Part shown: positions 9,497-17,377 of the stretch, piece after piece
Numbering within the stretch: position 1 is the first letter of the stretch
Layout: every line of letters starts with the position of its first letter
Origin: Coriobacteriales bacterium
Lineage (GTDB): Bacteria > Actinomycetota > Coriobacteriia > Coriobacteriales > UBA8131
Assembly (NCBI GenBank): GCA_031277035.1
Contig: JAISLY010000060.1
Coordinates: forward strand, 21,012 to 85,011
Reading direction: 5' to 3'
DNA: 64,000 nucleotides
Notes under the pieces: generated by a model
Told to the model about the DNA's origin: nothing
Databases searched by the model: none
Seen by the model: only the letters and a program-made list of their open reading frames with translations
Translations under genes and position numbers: made by a program

Positions 9497-10153
9497 ATGC
9501 CCCGAGAGTCCAAAACAAACAGGCAGATTCGCGCCCTTGAGGTTGCCCGCCGCATGGATGCGCGCTACCCCCAGGCCGAGTGCGCCCTGCATTTCTCCGA
9601 CCCCTTTACGCTGGTCATCGCGGTGCTCCTCTCCGCCCAGACAACCGACGTCGCCGTAAACAGGGTGACGCCTGAGCTTTTTGCCCGCTGGCCCGATGCG
9701 CCCGCGATGGCCGCCGCCGCCGCCGCAGACATCGCCGAGGTCATCCGCAGCATCGGCTTTTATCGCGTCAAGGCCGCCCATTGTGTGCAGCTTGCCCAGA
9801 TGCTGCTCACCGACTACGACGGGCAGGTTCCCGCCACGATGGAGGAGCTCATACGCCTGCCCGGCGTTGGCCGCAAGACGGCAAACATCGTCCTCAACAA
9901 CGCCTTTGGCATCGTTGAGGGCATCGCGGTGGACACGCACGTCTTTCGCATCGCCCATCTGTTGGGCTTCTCACCAAAGAGCTCAAACACGCCGGAGAAG
10001 GTCGAGCGCGACCTGCTCAAACTGTACCCTCGCGAACTCTGGGGCCCCGTAAACCATCAGTGGGTGCTCTTCGGGCGTGAGGTCTGCATTGCCCGCAGGC
10101 CACGCTGCTCTGAGTGCCCGCTGCGCGACCTGTGTCCCAGCGCCACCGGCTGA
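9497..10153 (+). CDS. nth: Endonuclease III
   Basis: LLSAQTTD, LPGVGRKTANIVL, VDTHVFR, and C-terminal CIARRPRCSECPLRDLC Fe-S motif. Confidence 0.95.
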   Translation: MPRESKTNRQIRALEVARRMDARYPQAECALHFSDPFTLVIAVLLSAQTTDVAVNRVTPELFARWPDAPAMAAAAAADIAEVIRSIGFYRVKAAHCVQLAQMLLTDYDGQVPATMEELIRLPGVGRKTANIVLNNAFGIVEGIAVDTHVFRIAHLLGFSPKSSNTPEKVERDLLKLYPRELWGPVNHQWVLFGREVCIARRPRCSECPLRDLCPSATG

Positions 10154-10200
10154 CGAAGCCGCGATGGGAAACGATGGGAAAGGGTGGCCTTCAGCTTCTG

Positions 10201-10352
10201 GATGCCCCTTGATGCCGCCGGGCGCCCCTGAATGCTGCGTCGGGCGCCCCTGAATGCTGCGCCGGGCGCCCCGAATGCCCCCAAATGCCCCTTGATGCCC
10301 CGCCAGGTACCCCGCCGGGCGCCCCTGAATGCTTCGCTGGATGCCCCCGAAT
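10201..10352. repeat. Degenerate intergenic repeats (gccgggcgcccctgaatgc units)
   Basis: Several copies visible directly. Confidence 0.75.
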
Positions 10353-10391
10353 GCTCCGCTGAGAGAATTTCGCACCCGCGCTCCCTCAATT

Positions 10392-10420
10392 AGTGTTACG
10401 ATTATAAAAGTCGTAACACT
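10392..10420. promoter_or_regulatory. Predicted NikR operator AGTGTTACGA-N9-TCGTAACACT (GTGTTA-N15-TAACAC)
   Basis: Perfect 10-bp arms around an AT-rich spacer, ~57 bp upstream of the ABC importer. A long-spacer palindrome is typical of NikR sites, and nikR is in this window. Confidence 0.7.
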
Positions 10421-10476
10421 CGCAGACACAGAAAACGTGTCTGTGGCATCAGGAAAGCATTCAGGAGGTACGCAGA

Positions 10477-12156
10477 ATGAAAGCATTTTCGCGCCGTCGC
10501 TTTATGGAATTTGCCAGCGTGGGTGCCCTGGGAGCAGCCCTGGCCCCGCTCCTCTCCGCCTGCCAGTCATCTACATCGGCAGACGGCACGGGCGGCACGG
10601 GCAGCACGGGCACGGACGACGCTGCGGGTGGCACCGGCGGTGGCGCCGGTGACAAAGGCCAGGTCATCATCGCAATGGGGACGGGCAATGAGCCGGCGGC
10701 CGGCTTTGACCCCTTCTTCGGTTGGGGGGCAAGCGAGCACAGCCACGAGCCCCTGATTCAGAGCACGCTCATCGCGACCACGGTCGACATGGGTTTTGTC
10801 AATGACCTTGCGACCGACTACACCGTAAGCGATGACGGACTGCTTGCAAGCTTTACCATTCGCGACGACGTGAAATTCACCGACGGCGAGCCCCTGACCG
10901 CACGCGACGTGGCCTACACGCTTAACGGCATCAGGGCATCGGAGGGCTCTGAGATTGACCTGAGCATGATTCGTGAGGTGAGCGCCCCCAGCGCAACCAC
11001 CGTCGAGATACACCTGGAGCGCCCCTACAACGCGCTGCTCTACACCCTGGCGGTCATCGGCATCGTGCCTGAGCACGCGCACGGCGCAGACTACGGCTCC
11101 AGTCCCATCGGCAGTGGGCGCTATGTGCTTGAGCAGTGGGACAGGGGGCAGCAGGTCATCTTTGCCGCCAATCCCGACTATTATGGTACGCCACCCAGGA
11201 TGCAGCGCGTCATCATCGTGTTTATGGAGGAAGACGCCGCACTGGCAGCCGCGCGTGCCGGGCAGGTGGACGTGGCGGCAACCTCAGCGGTCTACAGCAG
11301 CCAGGCGATTGAGGGCTATGAGATACTGGCCTGCAAGTCGGTGGACAGCCGCGGCATCTCACTGCCGACCCCGCCTCCCGGCAACACCACGGGCGAGGGA
11401 GCCGAACAAGTGCCGGCCGGCAACGCCGTGACCAGCGACATCGCTATCCGCCGCGCGCTTAATTACGCCGTCGACCGCGACCTTCTCGTACAGAATGTGC
11501 TCAATGGCTATGGCACCGTCGCCTTTGGCGTCTCGGACGGGATGCCCTGGTCTTCGCCGGATATGCAGGTGGCAGGCAGCATCAACGAGGCGCAGCGCAT
11601 CCTTGAGGAGGGCGGCTGGATTGCAGGAGCAGACGGAATTGTGGAGAAGACTGGCACTAAAGCGAGCTTTGAACTGTGCTATCCTTCAAACGACAGCGTG
11701 CGCCAGTCGCTCGCCAACGAGTTTGCCAACCAGGTGCGCGCGGCAGGAATCGAGGTCATTCCCGTGGGTCTTGGCTGGGACGACCTCTATCCGCGAGCCT
11801 ATACCGACCCCATCCTGTGGGGCTGGGGCTCCAACTCCCCCGCCGAGCTGTATAGCCTCTACCACTCGCAGGGCAGTGGCAACTTTCCGCTCTACAAAAA
11901 CGCGACCATAGATGCCTACCTTGAGGAAGCCCTCACAACGACGCCCATCGAGGAGAGTTTTTCCCTGTGGCAGAAGGCCCAGTGGGACGGCGCCGAAGGT
12001 GTTGCCCCGCAGGGCGCGGCGACCTGGGTGTGGTTTGCCAACATCGACCACCTGTACTTCAAACGCACAGGTCTTGTTGTGGCGGCGCAGAAGCTTCATC
12101 CCCACGGGCATGGCTGGGCGGTTGCCAACAACGTTGACCAGTGGAGCTGGCAGTAA
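10477..12156 (+). CDS. Nickel/peptide ABC transporter substrate-binding lipoprotein (SBP family 5)
   Basis: Tat-like SRRRF signal plus LSAC lipobox; FTDGEPLTARDV and IGSGRY motifs; C-terminal HPHGHGW. Confidence 0.9.
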   Translation: MKAFSRRRFMEFASVGALGAALAPLLSACQSSTSADGTGGTGSTGTDDAAGGTGGGAGDKGQVIIAMGTGNEPAAGFDPFFGWGASEHSHEPLIQSTLIATTVDMGFVNDLATDYTVSDDGLLASFTIRDDVKFTDGEPLTARDVAYTLNGIRASEGSEIDLSMIREVSAPSATTVEIHLERPYNALLYTLAVIGIVPEHAHGADYGSSPIGSGRYVLEQWDRGQQVIFAANPDYYGTPPRMQRVIIVFMEEDAALAAARAGQVDVAATSAVYSSQAIEGYEILACKSVDSRGISLPTPPPGNTTGEGAEQVPAGNAVTSDIAIRRALNYAVDRDLLVQNVLNGYGTVAFGVSDGMPWSSPDMQVAGSINEAQRILEEGGWIAGADGIVEKTGTKASFELCYPSNDSVRQSLANEFANQVRAAGIEVIPVGLGWDDLYPRAYTDPILWGWGSNSPAELYSLYHSQGSGNFPLYKNATIDAYLEEALTTTPIEESFSLWQKAQWDGAEGVAPQGAATWVWFANIDHLYFKRTGLVVAAQKLHPHGHGWAVANNVDQWSWQ

Positions 12157-12257
12157 GAGGGAAGCCGGGGTAAGCGGGAAGCCGGGGTAAGCGTGAACGC
12201 AGGGGTGAGCGGGAAGCCGGGGTAAGCGTGAACGCACGGCGAGGCGCAAGGAGATAG

Positions 12258-13280
12258 ATGCGGTTTTTCGCAGGTCAACTGTTCAAGTTCATCATGCTCA
12301 TGGTCGCCGTGAGCATGGTGTCTTTTGCCCTCGTAAGCCTCTCGCCCACAGACCCGGTGCAGATGAACGTCGGGCAGGTCGCCTATCTCAACATGAGCGA
12401 GGCAAAGCGTGCTCAGCTGGCGGAGTACTGGGGCGTGAACACGCCGCTTTGGGAGCGGTACGCCCACTGGGCGAGCGCGGCCCTGCACGGGGATTTGGGA
12501 ACATCGCTGCGCTATAACGCGCCGGTTGTGCAGGTCATCGCTACACGCTTTGTCAACTCGGCCGCGTTGATGAGCGTCGCCTGGCTGACGAGCGGCATCT
12601 TTGGCCTGCTTCTCGGCATCCTTGCCGCCGTGCGCCGTGGCGGCTGGCTCGATCGTGCCGTCAAAGCCTACTGTTTCCTGCTTGCCTCGGTGCCCACCTT
12701 CTGGCTTGCGCTGCTCGTTCTCATCGTCTTCTCCGTCTGGCTTGGCATCTTTCCCCTGGGCTTCAGCGTCCCCATCGGCGTAGCCCCCGCCGACGTGACC
12801 CTCGCAGACACGCTTCACCACCTCATGCTCCCCGCGCTCACCCTGAGTGTTGTGGGCGTCGCCAACATCGCGCTGCACACACGCGAGAAGACCATCGACG
12901 TCCTTGAGAGCGACTACGTGCGCTTTGCCCGCACGCGCGGCGAGTCCACCGCCACCATCATCTGGCGCCACGGCCTGCGCAACCTCGCGCTGCCGGCGCT
13001 CACACTGCAATTCGCATCCATCAGCGAGATTTTCGGCGGCTCGGTCCTTGTCGAGCAGGTCTTCTCCTATCCGGGCCTCGGCCAGGCGGCGGTCACGGCC
13101 GGCCTTGGTGGCGACGCCGCGCTGCTCGTCGGCATCGCGCTTATCAGCGCCGCGACGGTCTTTGGCGGCAACCTGATTGCAAACCTGCTCTATCGTCTCA
13201 TCGACCCCCGTATGCGCCCCGCCTCCCGCCGCCCCGCCCTCAATCTGATGCGGAGAAAGACGGGTGCCTCCCATGAGTAG
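12258..13280 (+). CDS. ABC transporter permease (NikB/DppB-like)
   Basis: GDLGTSL, YVRFARTRG (EAA loop), VEQVFSYPGLG, and IDPR. Confidence 0.92.
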   Translation: MRFFAGQLFKFIMLMVAVSMVSFALVSLSPTDPVQMNVGQVAYLNMSEAKRAQLAEYWGVNTPLWERYAHWASAALHGDLGTSLRYNAPVVQVIATRFVNSAALMSVAWLTSGIFGLLLGILAAVRRGGWLDRAVKAYCFLLASVPTFWLALLVLIVFSVWLGIFPLGFSVPIGVAPADVTLADTLHHLMLPALTLSVVGVANIALHTREKTIDVLESDYVRFARTRGESTATIIWRHGLRNLALPALTLQFASISEIFGGSVLVEQVFSYPGLGQAAVTAGLGGDAALLVGIALISAATVFGGNLIANLLYRLIDPRMRPASRRPALNLMRRKTGASHE

Positions 13281-13288
13281 GACACCCA

Positions 13289-13460
13289 GACACAAAGGGG
13301 ACGGTTTCTTTTGTGTTCCCTGAGAGGTGACAAGGCGACACAAAGGGGACGGTCTCTTTTGTGTCGCCCCGAAGCTGGGCAAAAGCAAACAACAGAGTGT
13401 TCTGGGAACACAAAAGAGACCGTCCCCTTTGTGTCGCCCTTTGTGTCGCCCTTTGTGTCG
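13289..13460. mobile_element. REP/REPIN-like palindromic element (GACACAAAGGGGACGGTCTCTTTTGTGT units, 2 forward and 1 inverted)
   Basis: Units at ~13289-13316, 13337-13365 and inverted 13408-13435. A near-identical element lies at 14843-14977. Confidence 0.7.
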
Positions 13461-14360
13461 CCCCTGTCCCCCTCGCAGCCGCTCCTGCACGCTCCTCGCG
13501 CGAGTCGTGCCAACGTTGGCAACCGTCGCCGCACGCTTATGACCTTCATCATCGCGGCGCTGCTGCTCGTCGCCATCGTTGTCACCGGCCGTCTGCTCAC
13601 CGCACCGAGCTCTTTTGAGGTCGGCGGCCTGCCCATCGCAACCGCAACCGACTTCACGGCAAAAAACCTTGAGCCGGGCCTTTCCCACCCCTTTGGCACC
13701 GACTGGATGGGGCGCGACATGCTCGCCCGCACCCTCGCCGGGCTCTCGACGAGCGTACTCGTCGGCCTGTTTGCAGCCGGAGCCTCGGCGCTGCTCGCGC
13801 TCATTCTCGGCACCGTCGCCGCCCTCGGCGGCCGTCGCGCCGACGCGCTCATCACCTGGCTTATCGACCTCATGCTCGGCATCCCGCACATCGTGCTGCT
13901 CATCCTCATCTCCTTTGCCATCGGCAAAGGCTTCTGGGGAGTGGCCATCGGCGTAGCGCTCACGCACTGGCCCAGCCTCACGCGCGTCATCCGCGCCGAG
14001 ATACTTCAGTGCCGCGAGTCGGTCTTTGTCGCCCAGGCGCGCAAGCTCGGTGCCGGACCCTTTACCATCGCCCGCAAACACCTGTTCCCGCACGTTTTTC
14101 CGCAGTTCCTCGTCGGGCTCGTGCTGCTGTTCCCTCACGCCATCCTGCATGAGGCATCCATCACCTTCCTCGGCTTTGGCCTGCCGCCCGAGCAGCCCGC
14201 CATCGGCATCATCCTGAGCGAGTCCATGACCTATCTCAGTGCCGGTTTCTGGTGGCTTGCGCTGTTCCCGGGCATCGCGCTCATCGCCACGGTGCTGCTG
14301 TTCGACCGCGCCGGCTCCAATCTGCGCCGCCTCATCGACCCCCATCGTTCGCAGGAATAA
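13311..14360 (+). CDS. ABC transporter permease (NikC/DppC-like); true start uncertain because of the palindromic insertion
   Basis: HPFGTDWMGRDMLAR, EASITFLGFG, and WWLALFPG. The coupled ATG at 13273 is out of frame. Confidence 0.82.
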   Translation: MCSLRGDKATQRGRSLLCRPEAGQKQTTECSGNTKETVPFVSPFVSPFVSPLSPSQPLLHAPRASRANVGNRRRTLMTFIIAALLLVAIVVTGRLLTAPSSFEVGGLPIATATDFTAKNLEPGLSHPFGTDWMGRDMLARTLAGLSTSVLVGLFAAGASALLALILGTVAALGGRRADALITWLIDLMLGIPHIVLLILISFAIGKGFWGVAIGVALTHWPSLTRVIRAEILQCRESVFVAQARKLGAGPFTIARKHLFPHVFPQFLVGLVLLFPHAILHEASITFLGFGLPPEQPAIGIILSESMTYLSAGFWWLALFPGIALIATVLLFDRAGSNLRRLIDPHRSQE

Positions 14361-14374
14361 GGGAGAGGGACGCC

Positions 14375-15505
14375 GTGGTACCGCATGCGCACGAACACAT
14401 CGACCACTCCGTTGAGCAGACGCATCACCACCATGCTCACGCGCAGACCTCCCATCACGTCGACGGACATCATCTGCTTCAGGTTGAGGGATTGAGCATC
14501 AGCTTCACGATGTACGAGTCCGCCGAGCCGCGTTTCTTCAGGGCACGGCGTATGCCGGTGGAGGTCATCAGCGACCTGCACATCGGCGTGCATGCAGGTG
14601 AGCTGGTCGCCATCGTTGGCGCGTCCGGCTCAGGCAAAACGCTGCTCGCCGACGCAATCATGGGCATCTTTGAGCCAAATGCCACGGTGCGCGGACGCAT
14701 CTGGTTCAATGGTGTGGAGCAAAACGCCGCCTCCCTCGCAGCGCTTGCCGGCAACGGCATCTCGCTCGTGCCTCAAAGCGTGAACCACCTCGACCCGCTC
14801 ATGAAGGTCGGGCGTCAGATACTGGGGCATGCGACACAAGGTGCGACACAAGGGGGACGGTCTCTTTTGTGTTCCCCCAAAACCGGGCGAAAGCAAACAA
14901 CAGAGTGTTTTGGGAACACAAAAGAGACCGTCCCCCTTGTGTCTGGGAACACAAAAGAGACCGTCCCCCTTGTGTCGCACCCGCAGCCGTCCCGCGCCGA
15001 GCGTCTCGCTGAGCTGTTCAAGCACTACGATCTGCCGCCAGAAGTTGCGGACAAATACCCCCATGAGCTCTCCGGCGGTATGGCGCGCCGCGTCCTGCTC
15101 TGCTGCGCACTGATGGACGACCCCCAGGTCATCATAGCCGATGAGCCAACCCCGGGGCTCGACCTTGAGCTTGCCAGGCGCGCCCTTGACGACTTTCGCG
15201 AGTTTGCCGACAGCGGCAGAGGCGTGCTACTCATCACCCATGACATCGAACTCGCCCTTCGCGTTGCCGATCGCGTGGCGGTGTTTGCCGAGGGCACCGT
15301 CATCGAAGAGACGGCCGTTGCAAACTTCGCCTCCCCCGACACTCTGGAGCATCCCTTCACGCGTGCCCTCTGGCATGCCCTTCCCGAACATGACTTTCAG
15401 GTTCCCGATGACGCCACAGATGCCGCGACGGCGACGGCTGCCGACACCACCTCCACCCCCATTGCCAGCGACACACAATCTGAGAAGAACGGCGAGCCAT
15501 GTTAG
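14375..15505 (+). CDS. ABC transporter ATP-binding protein (NikD/DppD-like) with His-rich N-terminus and in-frame palindromic insertion
   Basis: GASGSGKT, LSGGMARR, IIADEPT, and LITHD. GTG start follows GGAGAGGG. Confidence 0.88.
   Translation: MVPHAHEHIDHSVEQTHHHHAHAQTSHHVDGHHLLQVEGLSISFTMYESAEPRFFRARRMPVEVISDLHIGVHAGELVAIVGASGSGKTLLADAIMGIFEPNATVRGRIWFNGVEQNAASLAALAGNGISLVPQSVNHLDPLMKVGRQILGHATQGATQGGRSLLCSPKTGRKQTTECFGNTKETVPLVSGNTKETVPLVSHPQPSRAERLAELFKHYDLPPEVADKYPHELSGGMARRVLLCCALMDDPQVIIADEPTPGLDLELARRALDDFREFADSGRGVLLITHDIELALRVADRVAVFAEGTVIEETAVANFASPDTLEHPFTRALWHALPEHDFQVPDDATDAATATAADTTSTPIASDTQSEKNGEPC
14843..14977. mobile_element. REP/REPIN-like palindromic element inside the ATPase ORF
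   Basis: GACACAAGGGGGACGGTCTCTTTTGTGTTCCC, a spacer, then two inverted GGGAACACAAAAGAGACCGTCCCCCTTGTGTC copies. The reading frame is preserved. Confidence 0.75.
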
Positions 15506-16089
15506 AGGCCCGCGACCTTCACTTTGCCTACCCGGGTCAGGCCGAGCTGTTCGGCGGACTTACGTTTTCTGCAAAGCCGCAGGAGCGTGTGGCGCTCGCC
15601 GCCCCTTCGGGCGCGGGCAAGTCCACCCTCTGCAAACTGCTTGCCGGCTACCTCACCCCGCAAAGCGGCGCCATACTCATTGACGGCAAGCCGCTGCCAA
15701 ACAGAGGCGTCTGCCCTGTACAACTCGTCTGGCAGCACCCCGAACAGGCCGTCGATTCTCATATGCGTATGCAGGCCATACTGGACGAAGGCGGTACCGT
15801 CACGCCACAACTGCGCGAAGAGTTGGGGATACGCGACGAGTGGCTTGTGCGCCACCCCCACGAACTGAGCGGTGGTGAGCTGCAACGCTTCTGCATCGCC
15901 CGCGCACTGGCCGCCAATCCGCGCTATCTCATAGCCGATGAGATCAGCACCATGCTCGACGCGGTGACCCAGGCTCACGTCTGGCAGATGCTGCTTCGCG
16001 CCTGCGACGCGCGCGGCATCGGCCTCATATTCGTCTCGCACTCCCCCGCCCTCACCCGCCGCCTCGCCACCCGGGTCATTGAGCTGTAA
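15499..16089 (+). CDS. ABC transporter ATP-binding protein (NikE/DppF-like)
   Basis: APSGAGKST, LSGGELQR, LIADE, and FVSH. Confidence 0.9.
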   Translation: MLEARDLHFAYPGQAELFGGLTFSAKPQERVALAAPSGAGKSTLCKLLAGYLTPQSGAILIDGKPLPNRGVCPVQLVWQHPEQAVDSHMRMQAILDEGGTVTPQLREELGIRDEWLVRHPHELSGGELQRFCIARALAANPRYLIADEISTMLDAVTQAHVWQMLLRACDARGIGLIFVSHSPALTRRLATRVIEL

Positions 16090-16091
16090 CG

Positions 16092-16229
16092 TCCTGGCCT
16101 GCTCTGACCGGTTCTACCCGGTTCTGCCCTGCCCGTCCCGTCCTGTCCTGGCCCTGTCCTGACCGGTACCGTCCTGCCCGGTCCGGCCCTGCCCTGACCG
16201 GTTCCCTCCTGCCCGTCCCGTCCTGTCCT
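16092..16229. repeat. Pyrimidine-rich short-period repeats (gtcct/gccc/gaccgg)
   Basis: Visible directly. Confidence 0.7.
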
Positions 16230-16333
16230 CTCTCCCCAAGGGTTTAACGAAGCTGTAATAGGTGGGTAACGAGGGCGTTTTTCTGCGCCCCTATAGTTGG
16301 ACTTCCAAGACTCAAGACGGGAAGGGACGGACT

Positions 16334-16642
16334 ATGATCGCACCGAAACATCACATCCTCATCTGCGCTGGCACCAAGTTCGTAGGCGATACGCTCGGAA
16401 CCTGCCATTCCCGCAACGCAGCGGGGCTCGTGCAGCATCTCATCATGGAGCTTGAGGACCACGACCTCGCAAGCGATGTCATCGTGAGCACCACAAGCTG
16501 CTATGGCATATGCGACAAGGGGCCCATCATGGTGGTCTATCCCGACGGCGTCTGGTACGGCAGGCTTGACACCGATGCCATTGAGGCCATCGTCGAGGAG
16601 CATCTTGAGGGAGGCAGTCCGGTGGCACAGTACCAGATATGA
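16334..16642 (+). CDS. Thioredoxin-like [2Fe-2S] ferredoxin
   Basis: PKHHILIC..GTC..SCYGICDKGPIMVVYPDGVWYG..IVEEHL pattern, as in the Clostridium pasteurianum 2Fe ferredoxin family. Confidence 0.9.
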   Translation: MIAPKHHILICAGTKFVGDTLGTCHSRNAAGLVQHLIMELEDHDLASDVIVSTTSCYGICDKGPIMVVYPDGVWYGRLDTDAIEAIVEEHLEGGSPVAQYQI

Positions 16643-16668
16643 CGAAGCATCAAACCAACGGGATGCGG

Positions 16669-16710
16669 GAGAGAAACGCGGCGCCCTGAAACGCGGCGCC
16701 TCTTTCTCTC
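16669..16710 (+). terminator. Hairpin after the ferredoxin gene
   Basis: GAGAGAAA..GGCGCC / GGCGCC..TTTCTCTC inverted repeat. Confidence 0.45.
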
Positions 16711-16977
16711 TCCTCTTCCCCTGTCTCATCTCTCCCCTCTCCCTCTCTTCTTTCTCCTCTCCCTATCCCTCAAATCCCATTCCGCCCATCTCTCCCTCCT
16801 ACCTCCAAATCCCAACAAAACCATCCCTCCTCTCTCCTCTTCCCCTGTCCCGTTTCCCCCCCCTCCCTCCTATCCCAGTCCTCCTCTCCCTATCCCTCAA
16901 ATCCCAACAAAATGAACAAACGTTTGTTTCTTCACAAAAAAATCACACCTTACCCCCTAGCAATGCGTTTGCAAACC

Positions 16978-17115
16978 TGTCATACTGTACTCACCTTGAC
17001 AGAGAGGCGCGCAGGATGCCTCGATGTAAACGAGGAAGAGCACATTGGTTGCGAGCAGGATTGAGAGATCCTGCTACGACGCCCCTCGCTTCCAGTGTGC
17101 TCTTCCTCGTTTTTT
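16978..17115 (+). ncRNA. Candidate orphan structured small RNA
   Basis: TGnCATACT extended -10-like box; a 21-bp stem (17028-17048 with 17092-17112) with inner stems; T-run at the 3' end. Confidence 0.4.
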
Positions 17116-17377
17116 ATTTCCTCACGCCTACACCCCCCTGGTACCGCCCTGACCGCGCCCTTAACAGCGCGCCCACTCCACCGCCCACGCTCCGGGTTAT
17201 AGGAGGCTTATAGGGTTATAGGACAAAACGTGGGCTTATAGGACAAAACGTGTGTCCGATTTTGAGCTATATCTGCTGGTAAACCTTCAAAAATCAAGCG
17301 TTTATAATTTCTGGAGGTTTTAAACGGCGAACCACCGGGCGCCGGACAGCTCAGCTTGGCCTGCCGAATTCGGTTGC

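Noticed and set aside
12096-14345. 749-aa minus-strand ORF, and similar long ORFs opposite clpB, dnaK, alaS and the Mo-enzyme
   Set aside because: These are antisense frames kept open by high-GC codon bias; they show no recognisable motifs.
16503-17213. 236-aa Pro/Ser/Leu-rich ORF
   Set aside because: It is a translation of the polypyrimidine tract and hairpin region, overlaps the ferredoxin out of frame, and has non-coding composition.
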